From a virus (taxonomy: Duplodnaviria; Heunggongvirae; Uroviricota; Caudoviricetes): DNA of 26,470 bases. Position 1 is the first letter of the stretch; each line of letters opens with the position of its first letter. The DNA is taken from the IMG/VR virus record IMGVR_UViG_2802429219_000004; one strand, 5' to 3'. Shown piece after piece: positions 1 through 9,871 of this stretch. The translations under genes and the position numbers were made by a program. The notes under the pieces are model-generated. The model was given only the letters and a program-made list of their open reading frames with translations, ran no database searches and had not been told where the DNA came from.

Positions 1-1638
1 CACTTTTACCTTCACGCCGTCGGTGACGGACTGAACCTCCACGCTGACCGGATTGCCACTTCCGTCAACCAGGCTTATCAGCGTGGTACCGGAGGATGGC
101 AGCGTGATTTCACGGTCGAGCGTCAGCGTCCGGGTCTGGCTGTTCACCGCCAGCACGCGCCCGCCAATGCTGATCCCCGCATAGTCATCATCGCAGATTT
201 CAATAACATCACCCGGTACATGGCGCAGCCCTTCTGCGCCCACGCTGAAGTCCACGGTCTGCGTTTCCAGCAGCTCCGTTTTAATCAGCCACAGCCCGGC
301 GCGGTGTGCCTGCCCCCGGCTGGTACAGCCAAAAGCATCCATTTTCGTGACGTTACGACCGTAACGGGCAATGGCCTGCGTGTCCTCCACAAGCTCTGTC
401 GCCGTCTCCCAGCCGTTATCCGGGTCAATCCAGTTCACCTCAACGGCATTATGGCGGTCCTTCAGGGCGCTGAAGCTGTAGCGGAACGGCGCGCCATCAT
501 CCGGCATCACCACATTACTGCGGTTATAGGTCCACACCTTATCGGACGGTCGGTCCTGCACGAACGTCAGCGTCTGCCCGTTCCATACCGGCATACAGCG
601 CATCGCCGAGCAGAAATCACTGAGCACATCCCACGCCTTGCGCTGTGTGGTCAGGTATGCATTACAGGTGATGCGTGGCTCCGTGCCGCCAAAGCCGTCC
701 GGCACTGACTGGTCGCAATTCTGGCCGATGACATACAGCGCCCATTTATCCACATCCGCCGCACCAAGACGTTTTCCCATGCCGTAGCGCGGATGGGTCA
801 GCATATCCCACAGACACCAGGCCATGTTGTTGCTGTATGCCGGTTTTAACGTTCCATCCCAGATACCGCTGTATTGCCGCGTCTGCGGGTTATAGTTCGA
901 CGGCACCTGCAGAATGCGCCCGCGAAGATGATAATTACGGCTCACCTGCTGACTGCCGAACTGTTCCGAGTCCACCTGCACGCCGACCAGTGCCGTGTTC
1001 GGGTAGCACTGTTTCACATCGATGATTTCGGTGTATGACGACCAGAGCGTTTTGTTCTGCAGCTGGTCTGTGGTGCTGTCCGGCGTCATCCTGCGCATCC
1101 GGATATTAAACGGGCGCGGCGGCAGGTTACCCACCACCACCGAGGCCAGATACTGTGAGGTGGTTTTGCCTTTAATGGTGATGTCTTTTTCCGTCACCCA
1201 GCCACCGTTACGTTGTATCTGAACCAGCAGGCGGACTTCCGACGGATTCCGGTCCCCCTTTGAGGTGGTTTCCACCAGTGCCTGCACGCCGAAGGTAAAA
1301 CGCAGTCGGTCAATGTTTGCCGACGTGATGGTCCGGGTGATCGGCGTGTCGTATTTCACTTCCGTACCCAGCACCGTCTCGGAGCCGGAGGATTCAAATC
1401 CCTCCGGCGGTGTCTGCTCCTGCTCACCGGCCCGGAACACCACCGTGACGCCGGAGATGTTGGTATTCCCCTCAGTGTCCAGCACTGGCGTACTGTTCAG
1501 CAGCACGCTTTTTAATCCATCCACCGGACCTTCAATCGGCCCTTCGCTGATGGCATCAATCACACTCAGCAGTTGCGTGGACTTCAGGTTGTCCTTCGCT
1601 TCGCGCGGGGTATGCCCCTTACTGCTTCCTTTGCCCAT
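1..1638 (-). CDS. J: Tail tip / host-specificity protein J, N-terminal part; 3' end lies beyond the window start
   Basis: Hand translation of the minus strand from ATG at 1638..1636 gives MGKGSSKGHTPREAKD, matching my recollection of the lambda J N-terminus. The frame appears open to the window edge (not fully translated; no ORF-track entry because there is no stop in-window). Position immediately downstream of I fits lambda gene order. Confidence 0.8.
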   Translation of the reverse strand, partial: MGKGSSKGHTPREAKDNLKSTQLLSVIDAISEGPIEGPVDGLKSVLLNSTPVLDTEGNTNISGVTVVFRAGEQEQTPPEGFESSGSETVLGTEVKYDTPITRTITSANIDRLRFTFGVQALVETTSKGDRNPSEVRLLVQIQRNGGWVTEKDITIKGKTTSQYLASVVVGNLPPRPFNIRMRRMTPDSTTDQLQNKTLWSSYTEIIDVKQCYPNTALVGVQVDSEQFGSQQVSRNYHLRGRILQVPSNYNPQTRQYSGIWDGTLKPAYSNNMAWCLWDMLTHPRYGMGKRLGAADVDKWALYVIGQNCDQSVPDGFGGTEPRITCNAYLTTQRKAWDVLSDFCSAMRCMPVWNGQTLTFVQDRPSDKVWTYNRSNVVMPDDGAPFRYSFSALKDRHNAVEVNWIDPDNGWETATELVEDTQAIARYGRNVTKMDAFGCTSRGQAHRAGLWLIKTELLETQTVDFSVGAEGLRHVPGDVIEICDDDYAGISIGGRVLAVNSQTRTLTLDREITLPSSGTTLISLVDGSGNPVSVEVQSVTDGVKVKV

Positions 1639-1698
1639 TCGTCATACTCCATAAACGACAAAACCGCCCGGAGGCGGTTTCACATGAAATATTTTGCA

Positions 1699-2346
1699 TC
1701 AGCGGCCAATCACCACAACCTGACCACCGTCCCCTTCATCTGCCGTGCTGATCTCCTGAGAAACCACACGAGACCCCACGCGCATTTCACCGTACAGAAC
1801 AGGCAGAACATTGCCCTGGGCAACCATGTTATCCAGTGATGAGAAATAGGTGTTCTGCTTACCGTTATCCGTGCTGGTCGCTGTGGGCGTCCGGGCTTTC
1901 GGTGCCAGCATCTGGGCCACACCACCCAGGATCATACTGGCCCCTGCCGCATACATGCCCGATACAGCCGCGGCACCCAGCCAGCCCACAGGGTTCCACC
2001 ATGCCACCGCAATCAGCGCCGCCCCCAGCACCACCTGAAACACACCGCCACTTTTAGCTCCCGCCAGACGCGGCACGATGTGGATCACGGCACCATTTGC
2101 CAGCGGCTCATTAAGACGGGCAGATAATTCGGTTTCACCTGCATCACGCCCGGCAATGCGCACCTGATACCAGCCGTCATTCAGTTTCTGACGAAACGCC
2201 GGGAGCTGTGTGGACAACGCCCGGATGGCTTCAGCCCCCGTTTTTACACGAAGGTCGATGCGGCGGCCAAATCGTTGTAAATCCCCGTAAAGGCAGATGC
2301 GTGCCATGCCCGGTGACGCCAGAGGGAGTGTGTGCGTCGCTGCCAT
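1699..2346 (-). CDS. I: Tail assembly protein I (lambda gpI-like)
   Basis: 215-aa ORF with ATG at 2346 preceded by a purine-rich SD. Hydrophobic Gly/Ala-rich middle and size close to lambda I (223 aa). Overlaps the 3' end of K by about 100 nt as in lambda. Confidence 0.85.
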   Translation of the reverse strand: MAATHTLPLASPGMARICLYGDLQRFGRRIDLRVKTGAEAIRALSTQLPAFRQKLNDGWYQVRIAGRDAGETELSARLNEPLANGAVIHIVPRLAGAKSGGVFQVVLGAALIAVAWWNPVGWLGAAAVSGMYAAGASMILGGVAQMLAPKARTPTATSTDNGKQNTYFSSLDNMVAQGNVLPVLYGEMRVGSRVVSQEISTADEGDGGQVVVIGR

Positions 2347-2987
2347 TTGTCGGTATACCTCTCTCGTTTGCTCAGTTGTTCAGGAATATGGTGCAACAGC
2401 TCACCGTCGCCGCAGTAAATGGCGGCATGATTCGGCACCGATGAACCAAAACAGCACAGCAGCACATCGCCCGGCTGCGCCGCTGACAACGGCACCTGAT
2501 ACAGCCCTGTGGCCTCCAGATTATCCAGATAGAGATTCTGGCCGTTACACCACCAGTCATCCTCACGATGAAAGTCCGGCATCTCAATCCCCGCCAGATG
2601 ATAAGCATCCCGGAACAGCGTGTAACAGTCCGTCGCCCCGTGCTCAAAGCGCCGCCCGGTAAGATGCGGCACACAGCGGAATTTATGAATCTCACCCCGG
2701 CAGACCAGCCACCATGGCAAATCGCTCTGCACCTGCAGCCGCCTGTCAGCCTCACTCAGCCAGGGCAGGCCACCGGGGTGGCTGTGGACCAGCGCCACAA
2801 TCTCACCCTGCATCTCTGCCCGCAGCCAGTCCTCCGGCGACATCCGGAAATACGCCTCCGGCTCACCGGAGATATTCACGCAGGGAAAATATCTTTCCCC
2901 TTCCGGCGTTCTCACCACGAAGCCGCACGACTCCGCTGGCGCACATCGCCGGGCGTGCGCCAGAATCGCTGATTCTGTCTCTGTCAT
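2244..2987 (-). CDS. K: Tail assembly protein K (JAB/MPN plus NlpC/P60-like)
   Basis: ORF 2244..3029 trimmed to the ATG at 2987 (MTETES...), 5 nt after the L stop. Contains an HSHPGG JAMM-like motif and a downstream Cys/His segment (DCYTL, HLAG). Lambda K is annotated shorter, so the start could instead be the internal Met near 2843. Confidence 0.8.
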   Translation of the reverse strand: MTETESAILAHARRCAPAESCGFVVRTPEGERYFPCVNISGEPEAYFRMSPEDWLRAEMQGEIVALVHSHPGGLPWLSEADRRLQVQSDLPWWLVCRGEIHKFRCVPHLTGRRFEHGATDCYTLFRDAYHLAGIEMPDFHREDDWWCNGQNLYLDNLEATGLYQVPLSAAQPGDVLLCCFGSSVPNHAAIYCGDGELLHHIPEQLSKRERYTDKWQRRTHSLWRHRAWHASAFTGIYNDLAAASTFV

Positions 2988-2991
2988 GGGA

Positions 2992-3690
2992 TTACTGCGA
3001 AAGTTTGTTAATGGAAAGGAAGCCGCCAAAGTTGCCGACGTTATTGCGAAACTTACAGCCGCTCAGGCATTTGCTGCATTTATCCTTCGTGATATCGGAC
3101 GTCGGCTGGTCATATTCATCCGCGACAGCCGGACCATGATAACCGCACTCATCACCGCGATAGGTCCAGGTGCAGGTGTTGGCCAGCATGATGCGCCCCG
3201 GAAAAACAGCACCATCCGTTTCCGTCGGTGTGGAGAGCACAAAGGAGGCACTGACCGCACTCAGTTCGCTGCACTGCTCGATGCGCCAGCGGCTGATCAC
3301 CTCCTGCTCCGGATCGGCGTCGCTGTTTCCGTTGACGAAGTTCACCGCATCCAGAAAACGGGCGTAAACCTTACGCCTGACCACCGTTCCGCCGACCAGA
3401 CTCTGCAGGTCTTCCACCATCCCGGTGACCATGCCGTGCAGGTTAGAGACCGTCAGTGTCGGACGGGCAGCACTACCCTTACCGTTCAGTTCAAATCCCG
3501 TCCCCTGAATAGGGTATACCTGATACTGCCGCCCCTGCCAGGTGACCGGCTCACCTTTTTCGTTCTGCTCATTACAGAAAAAATAACGTTCACCACCGAC
3601 CTCTGTCAGATCGATTTCCCAGAGCACCACCTGGGCTGACTGAGTAAGGCGTGTCGTCTCATGATGTGTTTCCTGTGGAATATCCTGCAT
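2992..3690 (-). CDS. L: Minor tail protein L
   Basis: 232-aa ORF beginning MQDIPQETHHE, with a C-terminal Cys cluster (CSKCLSGCKF). Same length as lambda L and in the expected position between M and K. Confidence 0.9.
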   Translation of the reverse strand: MQDIPQETHHETTRLTQSAQVVLWEIDLTEVGGERYFFCNEQNEKGEPVTWQGRQYQVYPIQGTGFELNGKGSAARPTLTVSNLHGMVTGMVEDLQSLVGGTVVRRKVYARFLDAVNFVNGNSDADPEQEVISRWRIEQCSELSAVSASFVLSTPTETDGAVFPGRIMLANTCTWTYRGDECGYHGPAVADEYDQPTSDITKDKCSKCLSGCKFRNNVGNFGGFLSINKLSQ

Positions 3691-3699
3691 CAGGGCCTC

Positions 3700-4029
3700 C
3701 TATGCCACGACCTGTTCAAAATCTGCCGTTATGGTTACCCACAGCGCCCCCACGCTTGCCGACCATTTACGACAAACCACCCTGATCGGCTTCCAGTCAT
3801 AAGGTGGCGTCCACTGAAATGCGCGGACGCCACCGTGCCGTTCCAGAAAGGCTTTTAAAGATGGGTGTTCACATTTACGAACACGTATCGTCACGCTGTA
3901 AGTCGACAACTGGTTATTCAGTCCCGCCGCACGACGCTGTTCATAACCATCGCCCAGCTTCACTGTCACCACTTTCGGCTCTGATACCACATTCATATCC
4001 GGGCGCACTTTCCAGTGAAACGTCTCCAT
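3700..4029 (-). CDS. M: Minor tail protein M
   Basis: 109-aa ORF, same size as lambda M. Its ATG shares one nucleotide with the H stop codon (TAATG), indicating translational coupling. Confidence 0.9.
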   Translation of the reverse strand: METFHWKVRPDMNVVSEPKVVTVKLGDGYEQRRAAGLNNQLSTYSVTIRVRKCEHPSLKAFLERHGGVRAFQWTPPYDWKPIRVVCRKWSASVGALWVTITADFEQVVA

Positions 4030-7000
4030 TACCGATATGCTCCACTTAACCGACCACCATCACGGGCCTGCTGTTGCATAAAGTCCGCTGCCGCTTTTTT
4101 CCCAAGGTCATAAACCACCTTCAGGGCAGCCGGACCTATCTGCCCGTTCGTGCCATCGTTATTGATCTCGATGTTGTACTGCGGGGCAAACATCGCCATA
4201 CCTGAACCACCAATATCCGCCACAACCCCCAGCTTACCGTCAGCACCACGACGCAGTGGCAGAATGGCTTCAGGCCCAGCTTCCCCCATCACACCCGCGC
4301 CTTTTGCAAAAGCAAAAAACGTCGGACGGTTAACCACCGTGCCACTGTAGCGACTCAAATCAGCCGACTGATAAACACCGCCATCAGCATTAGCTACAAA
4401 ATCAAAAGGCAGCGCGGAAGCAATGCCTTTTACCGCTTTCATTAAAGCTATCTGAGCCATGATTCTGGACATATCTGACAGCACAGAAGAGGTGAAGGAT
4501 TTGAAATTGAGTTTGCCTGTAGTACAGAATGTCGCCAGCCAGTCACTCATGCTACTGAACGCAGACGTGAACAACTGTTCCACTGTCCCGGCTGTGTTAT
4601 CCGCATTCTCAGTGACATTCTGGAGTGCACGCAGGACTCCGTTTTTCCAGTCACCCTGAGCAATTTCAAGCTGTTGCCAGTAACGGCGATTCTCATTCAG
4701 TTGTCGGTTCAGGCTCTCCGTCAGCGCCTGCTCGGCCTTTCTGTAGTCATCCGTGTTATATGTCCCTTTCTGCTCACTATCCCGCCTCAACTGCTCCAGC
4801 TGTTGCTGGTATTTCTGGCGAAGACTCAGTTGTACCTGATATCGCTGCCGCTGCTGATCACCCATACCCACCGTGGCGATATCCAGGTCATGTTGCTGAC
4901 GCTGAGCGCGCTCTTCTTCAGCCAGTTGACTGGTCAGCTGAATTGTTTTTTTCTTCAGCTCGTTGAGTGCCGTCTGTTTCTGAAGCTCCTGCTGTTTTAC
5001 ATCCAGCAGCGTCAATGCCTGAATCAGTTCATCTTTACGGGCAAGCACACTCTTTTCATCTGCCGTCAGTTTTTTCCCGTCCAGGTCGCTGATGCGCTGC
5101 TGCAGAGCCAGAAGCTGTTTATGCGCTTCTGTCATCCTGTCAGTGGCAATGCCTGCTGACTGTCTTGCAGCAGCAATCTGCCCTTCCACCTGTGCCTGTT
5201 GCTGACTGTACTGCAGCAATAACCGGGTGGCCTCATCATTACGGGTTTCGCGTGTTTTTTTCTTACCGGATGCCAGGGCTTTCTCGTAACGTTCATTTTC
5301 ACGTTGTATCGCCGCATCCCTGACAGCCTGATCGGCGTACTGCATGGCATTAATACGCGCAATTTCACGCTGATGCCGTGCTGCTTCAGTTTCATTCATC
5401 CGGTTCAGTGCAGCATTTTCAGCATTACGGCGTTTCTGTTGCTCCTGATAATTCCGCTCTGCCTGCTCTTTTGCATCCTGCAAATCCTTCTGGCGTTTTT
5501 TCTCCTGAAGATCGTTAAGACGCTGCTGATCGTATTCAACCTGAGAAGATGATGCCGTCCAGGGGAGTCTTTTCGCCCGCGACACTTTCTCCTGTAAAGC
5601 GGCAATTTGTTCATCCAGCGAGTCTTCACGACCAATATTCATGGCCGCATCCCAGAAACGACTCCACAAATCAGACAGATACTTCAGCGTACTACCAAGC
5701 GCATTGAGGTTATTATCAATATCCGCAGTACGCCGACCGGTTTCCTCTGCCAGTGCAGACATGGCTATCCGTGCAGCATCACTGGACCGTCCCTGATCCC
5801 CAAGGACACGTATCTGCTCAAGCTGAGTGGCAGTAAGAAAATGCAGCTCATTGTCCAGAGCCTTCGCGGCATTTACAGGATCATCCTTCAGCCGCTTAAA
5901 CTGATTTATGGTATCGCTGATCGACTGGCCAACCGATCGCTCCATCTGTGCGGCAGCTCTCGCCACCATACCGATATCGTTTCCACGAAATGCACCACTC
6001 CCCACCACCTGAGCCAGCGCACCGGCTGCAGCATGTTGCGTGATACCATTCCCGGAAATAGCACGACTGAGCGTCCACAGCTGCCCGGCAGTGACTCCGG
6101 CATAATGCCCCGTCAGCGACAGCTGGCGGTTAAATTCTTCCCCCTCCTTCTGACCGTCATACCAGGCTTTACCCAGACCATAGACAGCCGCGGCAATACC
6201 GCCAATAACCCCGCCAAGCATCATGCCTTTCGGTGACATCAATGTGTCTATCCACCCGGCACGGTTAGCCAGCGTTATTCCGGATCCCCTCAGCGCACCT
6301 AAATTTCCGCGGGCCAGTTCACCTATCAGAACGCCTCTCTCCTGACGGGCCGCTGCACTTTTCAGACCCAGCGAATGCGTGGCTTTTCCTGCCTGCTCCA
6401 TTTTGCGGATATACACTTCTGCAGCACTGCTTACCCCCAGCTGGGCAGCCTTAGCACGAAGCAACTCAGAAGAAGAAAGATTCTGGCGGGTTGCCTGCTC
6501 TTTAAGCTGACGGATAAACGCCACTTTCTGTCGGGTAGCCTCTTCCTCAGCCTGTGTAAGAACACGGGTTTTCGCCGTAACCTCAGAAATCAGCGCCAGA
6601 TAATCCTGCTGACCAATCCCGCCACTGTTTCTGGCCTGTCGGATCTGCTGCTGAATACGCTGTAATTCCTGCAGCCCCGCACTGGCCTGTTTCACACTGT
6701 CAATCTGACGATAAAACGCAGCAGCCGCTTTATCCTGAGCCTCCGCCAGAGCCATGGCCTGCGCCTGTTCCTCGCGCATTTTCTGGCTCAGCGCCTCCAT
6801 GCGCTGGCGGGTTTTCTCCACCTCGCGGGCCATGCGTTCATGAGCCTGTGCGTTCTTCTCCACTGTCTGCGCATGGACGGATGCGGCTGTTGCAGCCGAA
6901 GACGCCGCCTGCGTTGTCTGCCGGGCGGCCTGAGTCTGACGCTCCATAAAACGCTGCATACGGGCAGAAGACCGTTCTGCATCGCTGGCTGCACCATTCA

Positions 7001-7085
7001 GAAGGTTTTTGATACGGGGGATTTCATTTTTAAACTCTGCCGCATCAATCCCCAAATCAATGACCAGGTTGGCTATCTGGTCCAT
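4029..7085 (-). CDS. H: Tail tape measure protein H
   Basis: ORF 4029..7115 trimmed to ATG at 7085 (MDQIANLVIDLG..., with a GGAGGTG SD 7 nt upstream). Long coiled-coil, Gln/Ala/Arg-rich middle and a C-terminus ending NNDGTNGQIGPAALK as in lambda H. About 1018 aa versus 853 aa in lambda. Confidence 0.9.
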   Translation of the reverse strand: MDQIANLVIDLGIDAAEFKNEIPRIKNLLNGAASDAERSSARMQRFMERQTQAARQTTQAASSAATAASVHAQTVEKNAQAHERMAREVEKTRQRMEALSQKMREEQAQAMALAEAQDKAAAAFYRQIDSVKQASAGLQELQRIQQQIRQARNSGGIGQQDYLALISEVTAKTRVLTQAEEEATRQKVAFIRQLKEQATRQNLSSSELLRAKAAQLGVSSAAEVYIRKMEQAGKATHSLGLKSAAARQERGVLIGELARGNLGALRGSGITLANRAGWIDTLMSPKGMMLGGVIGGIAAAVYGLGKAWYDGQKEGEEFNRQLSLTGHYAGVTAGQLWTLSRAISGNGITQHAAAGALAQVVGSGAFRGNDIGMVARAAAQMERSVGQSISDTINQFKRLKDDPVNAAKALDNELHFLTATQLEQIRVLGDQGRSSDAARIAMSALAEETGRRTADIDNNLNALGSTLKYLSDLWSRFWDAAMNIGREDSLDEQIAALQEKVSRAKRLPWTASSSQVEYDQQRLNDLQEKKRQKDLQDAKEQAERNYQEQQKRRNAENAALNRMNETEAARHQREIARINAMQYADQAVRDAAIQRENERYEKALASGKKKTRETRNDEATRLLLQYSQQQAQVEGQIAAARQSAGIATDRMTEAHKQLLALQQRISDLDGKKLTADEKSVLARKDELIQALTLLDVKQQELQKQTALNELKKKTIQLTSQLAEEERAQRQQHDLDIATVGMGDQQRQRYQVQLSLRQKYQQQLEQLRRDSEQKGTYNTDDYRKAEQALTESLNRQLNENRRYWQQLEIAQGDWKNGVLRALQNVTENADNTAGTVEQLFTSAFSSMSDWLATFCTTGKLNFKSFTSSVLSDMSRIMAQIALMKAVKGIASALPFDFVANADGGVYQSADLSRYSGTVVNRPTFFAFAKGAGVMGEAGPEAILPLRRGADGKLGVVADIGGSGMAMFAPQYNIEINNDGTNGQIGPAALKVVYDLGKKAAADFMQQQARDGGRLSGAYR

Positions 7086-7781
7086 AACGCACACCTCCGG
7101 AAATACCTTCCCCAAGATGCATCAGTTCTTCGTCCGTTCGCTCCGGTATCCCGTTCTCTTCCGGTAAAAGGCTGAAATCAGCCACCGCAGCATCACTGCT
7201 GCCGGACACCATTCTCACGATCAATGCCTTCAGCGAGGCAAACTGCGCATCCATCCACACATCACTGAAGCTCTGCATCCGGAAATAATCGCCCCACTCA
7301 CCAAGCTCAGTGGCCGACATTTCCGACAGCATCCGCCGCCAGTCTGCCCGCCGGAACTCCCGGGCAAGCCGCATGACAAACTGCATTTCCCGCGTCAGGA
7401 CTTTTCCGGCGTCAGCGCCTCATGCTCATCATCCCCGGCATTATCAATGGCCCCCATACCGCTCAGCGACAGAACCATCTCCGCCCCCGCACCCAGGGCA
7501 TCATACGACCATGTTGTAATAACGGATGCGCAAAGCGTCTCTACATCCTTAGACTGATCCGCATTCCACAGTGAGCGGGAAACCAGCCAGGCATTGATAT
7601 CCATCCCCATCCGCAGAAAAGCAATCTGTCGTTCAGCCTCCGGCAGTTCTCCCTCACCGGCATCAAACTTTGCCGTTCGCTGCTGAACAAACGCCAGATA
7701 TTCAATTCTCTGCAGCCCGGACAGCTCACTGAGCACCACGGACTGTTTTTCATAATTAAACGTGCCCTGTTTCAGAAACAT
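7057..7781 (-). CDS. T: Tail assembly chaperone GT, predicted product of a -1 programmed frameshift near the end of G
   Basis: The T-frame ORF (7057..7386 in the track) is in the -1 frame relative to G, and that frame is open from 7419 downstream. G ends ...ACG CCG GAA AAG TCC TGA, so the only overlap of the two frames is 7398..7419, containing CCGGAAAAG. Arrangement mirrors lambda G/GT. Confidence 0.6.
7395..7781 (-). CDS. G: Tail assembly chaperone G
   Basis: ORF 7395..7823 trimmed to ATG at 7781 (MFLKQGTFNYEKQSVVLSELSGLQRIEYLAF), resembling the lambda G N-terminus. A GGTGGAG SD sits 6 nt upstream. Confidence 0.85.
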   Translation of the reverse strand: MFLKQGTFNYEKQSVVLSELSGLQRIEYLAFVQQRTAKFDAGEGELPEAERQIAFLRMGMDINAWLVSRSLWNADQSKDVETLCASVITTWSYDALGAGAEMVLSLSGMGAIDNAGDDEHEALTPEKS

Positions 7782-7841
7782 CATGTTCTCCACCTGCAAA
7801 AAAGCCCCGGATAACCGGGGCAAATGATGAGTATCGTCCTG

Positions 7842-8585
7842 TTAACCTGCGGCGCTGACAGTCACCGCAGCCACAGCCACAAAATTCCCGTCAGCGGTCA
7901 TGCCCACAATGCTGACACTGCCCTGCTTCACGCCTTTCACCGTGGCTACAAGCCCGTTCAGGGTCACCGTGGCAGTCTGTGGATCTGACGAATGCACACT
8001 GATCGCTTTGTCACTGGCTCCGTCAGGTTTTACTGTAAAGGTCAGCGTGGTGGTTGCTCCCACTTTTACACTGGCAGATGCCGGTGCCACCGTCAGCCCG
8101 GTAACGCTCACTGTTTCAGTGCCTTCCTCTGCCAGATACGGACGCCCCACACCGCTGATTTTCACAGTGCGGGTCATCACGTCTTTTGAGGCAATGGTTT
8201 TACCCAGTGAACTCAGCCAGCCACGGAAAACATCAACAGTACCGTTGGGATATTTGATACGAAACGCGCAGACTTCACCGGAGTCGAACAACTGAACCAG
8301 TTTTTTCTGCCCGCTGTCACCCGGACGCCAGGCCAGCGTCGCCGAAGTATCACCGACTGATTTCTGCCCCTGGGTTGTCGTTTTCCAGTCTGCATCTTCA
8401 TCATCGAGATAAGTATCATCTTCTGCATCAGCGGTCATTTCGCCAGGTTGCAGATCCTTCACCATCGCAAGACGCAGCCAGTCAGTGTCCGACAAAGGGT
8501 TCGCAAATGCGTCGCCGTTGCCGGTATACATCCAGAACGTCGTCCCCGCACCTTTCGTCTTTGCCAGTGGATTTGGTGTGGTCAT
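7842..8585 (-). CDS. V: Major tail protein V with C-terminal Ig-like domain
   Basis: ORF 7842..8660 trimmed to ATG at 8585 (MTTPNPLAKTKGAGTTFWMYTG...), preceded by AAGGAGGTG. Strong resemblance to lambda V including DEDADW and FPNGTVDVFRGW. Thr/Val-rich C-terminus typical of a Big_2-like domain. Confidence 0.9.
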   Translation of the reverse strand: MTTPNPLAKTKGAGTTFWMYTGNGDAFANPLSDTDWLRLAMVKDLQPGEMTADAEDDTYLDDEDADWKTTTQGQKSVGDTSATLAWRPGDSGQKKLVQLFDSGEVCAFRIKYPNGTVDVFRGWLSSLGKTIASKDVMTRTVKISGVGRPYLAEEGTETVSVTGLTVAPASASVKVGATTTLTFTVKPDGASDKAISVHSSDPQTATVTLNGLVATVKGVKQGSVSIVGMTADGNFVAVAAVTVSAAG

Positions 8586-8595
8586 TGCCACCTCC

Positions 8596-8997
8596 TTAAT
8601 TCGTGTACGTGATCTGGTACGTGATTTCCGCCATCGCCCAGGTGGCCATCTCATTATCACGTTGATAGTTAAAACCGAGTGGGATCAGGGTGTCGATGAG
8701 TCCGGAAAGTGCCGGTACATCATTCAGGGCCGGGAAAATGGTGCTCTCCATCCACATATCCAGCTCTGAATCCGGTGCCTGTGCCCGGATGAAGACAGCA
8801 ATATGCAGAACAGCCTGCCAGTCATCTTCATCCGTCATTTTTCCGGTGTACTGAGCATCACTCAGCCACACCGCCACGGCAGGCAGTTCCTGCGCATCAA
8901 CAAATGCCGGAAGCCCGTCAAAAAACGTGGCGCTGTCTCCACACTGTTCCCGAAGGCGTGCCAGTACGACCTGGCGGATTTGTGTATGTCGGTTCAT
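8596..8997 (-). CDS. U: Tail terminator protein U
   Basis: ORF 8596..9009 trimmed to ATG at 8997, which overlaps the Z stop (ATGA). Contains ATFFDGLPAF, AVAVWL and DSELDMWMES, like lambda U. Confidence 0.85.
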   Translation of the reverse strand: MNRHTQIRQVVLARLREQCGDSATFFDGLPAFVDAQELPAVAVWLSDAQYTGKMTDEDDWQAVLHIAVFIRAQAPDSELDMWMESTIFPALNDVPALSGLIDTLIPLGFNYQRDNEMATWAMAEITYQITYTN

Positions 8998-9584
8998 CGG
9001 GTCAGCCATAACCTCAGTTGTTGTTTCAGTGCATACCCCAGCTGTTTCGGCATTTCCGCAGCAATGATGCGGTCGCGGGCATCTTCAAATGCCTGTGTCA
9101 GCGGTCCGGACAGCGGGATTTTCACTACCTCCACAGGAAGACGATTTTTTCTTGGCCTGCCCTGATGGTCATGCCCTGTTGCAAAACGCGCTTCAGGAAG
9201 ACGCCTCAGAACATGCCAGCGGCCATTCGCCAGTTGCTGAACAAATGCCCCCCGGAAAAAGTATTTTCCCACTCTCAGTCCTTCACCAGCACGCCGCCGT
9301 GTTGTGTTCAGTTTGATGGCGGGCAGATTGCCCCGGTTAACGCGGATCCTGGCCGTCATTTTTCCTGACGGACTGGCTTTAAACACCCGGACACGCTGAC
9401 GTACCAGTTTCAGGGGGATCCCTTTCACCTGGTTATCTCCCGCAACGGTATTCCCGGCAACCTGCCGGGTGGCAACCGAGACCGCTTTCTGTGCCACACG
9501 GTTTATCGCCCATGCGCTGGCCTGTGGCACCATACGGGTATCAAGGCTGTTCAGATTGCGGATGGCATTCTCAAGCCCCTTCAT
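8994..9584 (-). CDS. Z: Tail completion protein Z
   Basis: 196-aa basic protein starting MKGLENAIRNL, ending GYALKQQLRLWLTR, with internal NGRWHV. Resembles lambda Z. Confidence 0.85.
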   Translation of the reverse strand: MKGLENAIRNLNSLDTRMVPQASAWAINRVAQKAVSVATRQVAGNTVAGDNQVKGIPLKLVRQRVRVFKASPSGKMTARIRVNRGNLPAIKLNTTRRRAGEGLRVGKYFFRGAFVQQLANGRWHVLRRLPEARFATGHDHQGRPRKNRLPVEVVKIPLSGPLTQAFEDARDRIIAAEMPKQLGYALKQQLRLWLTR

Positions 9585-9595
9585 CCCATACCTCT

Positions 9596-9871
9596 TTACT
9601 CAATAAAGATCATTGGCTTACCGTTAAAGCGTTCATGCCGTGTGACCGTCCATTGTTGTCCGTCATAAACAACGCGATCCCCGCGCCGTGGGCGGTATCC
9701 CGAAGAAAACACCACCAGAGAGACCGCAGGTCCGGACAGAGCATTCAGCTCTGCCAGTGTTTCTCCCGGGATCACAGTCATATCGACATCATTAATCGAG
9801 GCTGTCTTTCCCATCTTTCTGACCGTGATCGCATCCATACGCGCTACCAGCCGGGAAAAGGGATCAGACAT
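9596..9871 (-). CDS. Head-tail joining protein (FII-like)
   Basis: 91-aa ORF located between the head module and Z, as lambda FII is. N-terminal pattern loosely resembles FII. Assignment is mainly by position and size. Confidence 0.55.
   Translation of the reverse strand: MSDPFSRLVARMDAITVRKMGKTASINDVDMTVIPGETLAELNALSGPAVSLVVFSSGYRPRRGDRVVYDGQQWTVTRHERFNGKPMIFIE

Noticed and set aside
220-1654. Plus-strand ORFs 220..708, 837..1025, 1022..1222 and 1265..1654 over the start of the window
   Set aside because: They are antisense to the J coding frame, which I translated by hand as a clean match to the lambda J N-terminus. No SD sequences; compositional artefacts of a GC-rich gene.
1639-1698. 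Hairpin AAACCGCC-cgga-GGCGGTTT between I and J as a terminator
   Set aside because: It lies inside the contiguous late tail operon and the minus-strand downstream tract is only weakly T-rich. More likely a stabilising or attenuating structure; not called.
4150-6665. Multiple plus-strand ORFs (for example 4674..5159, 5607..6236, 6375..6665) inside the tape-measure region
   Set aside because: Antisense to the 3-kb H gene. Their translations are low-complexity and they have no upstream SD.
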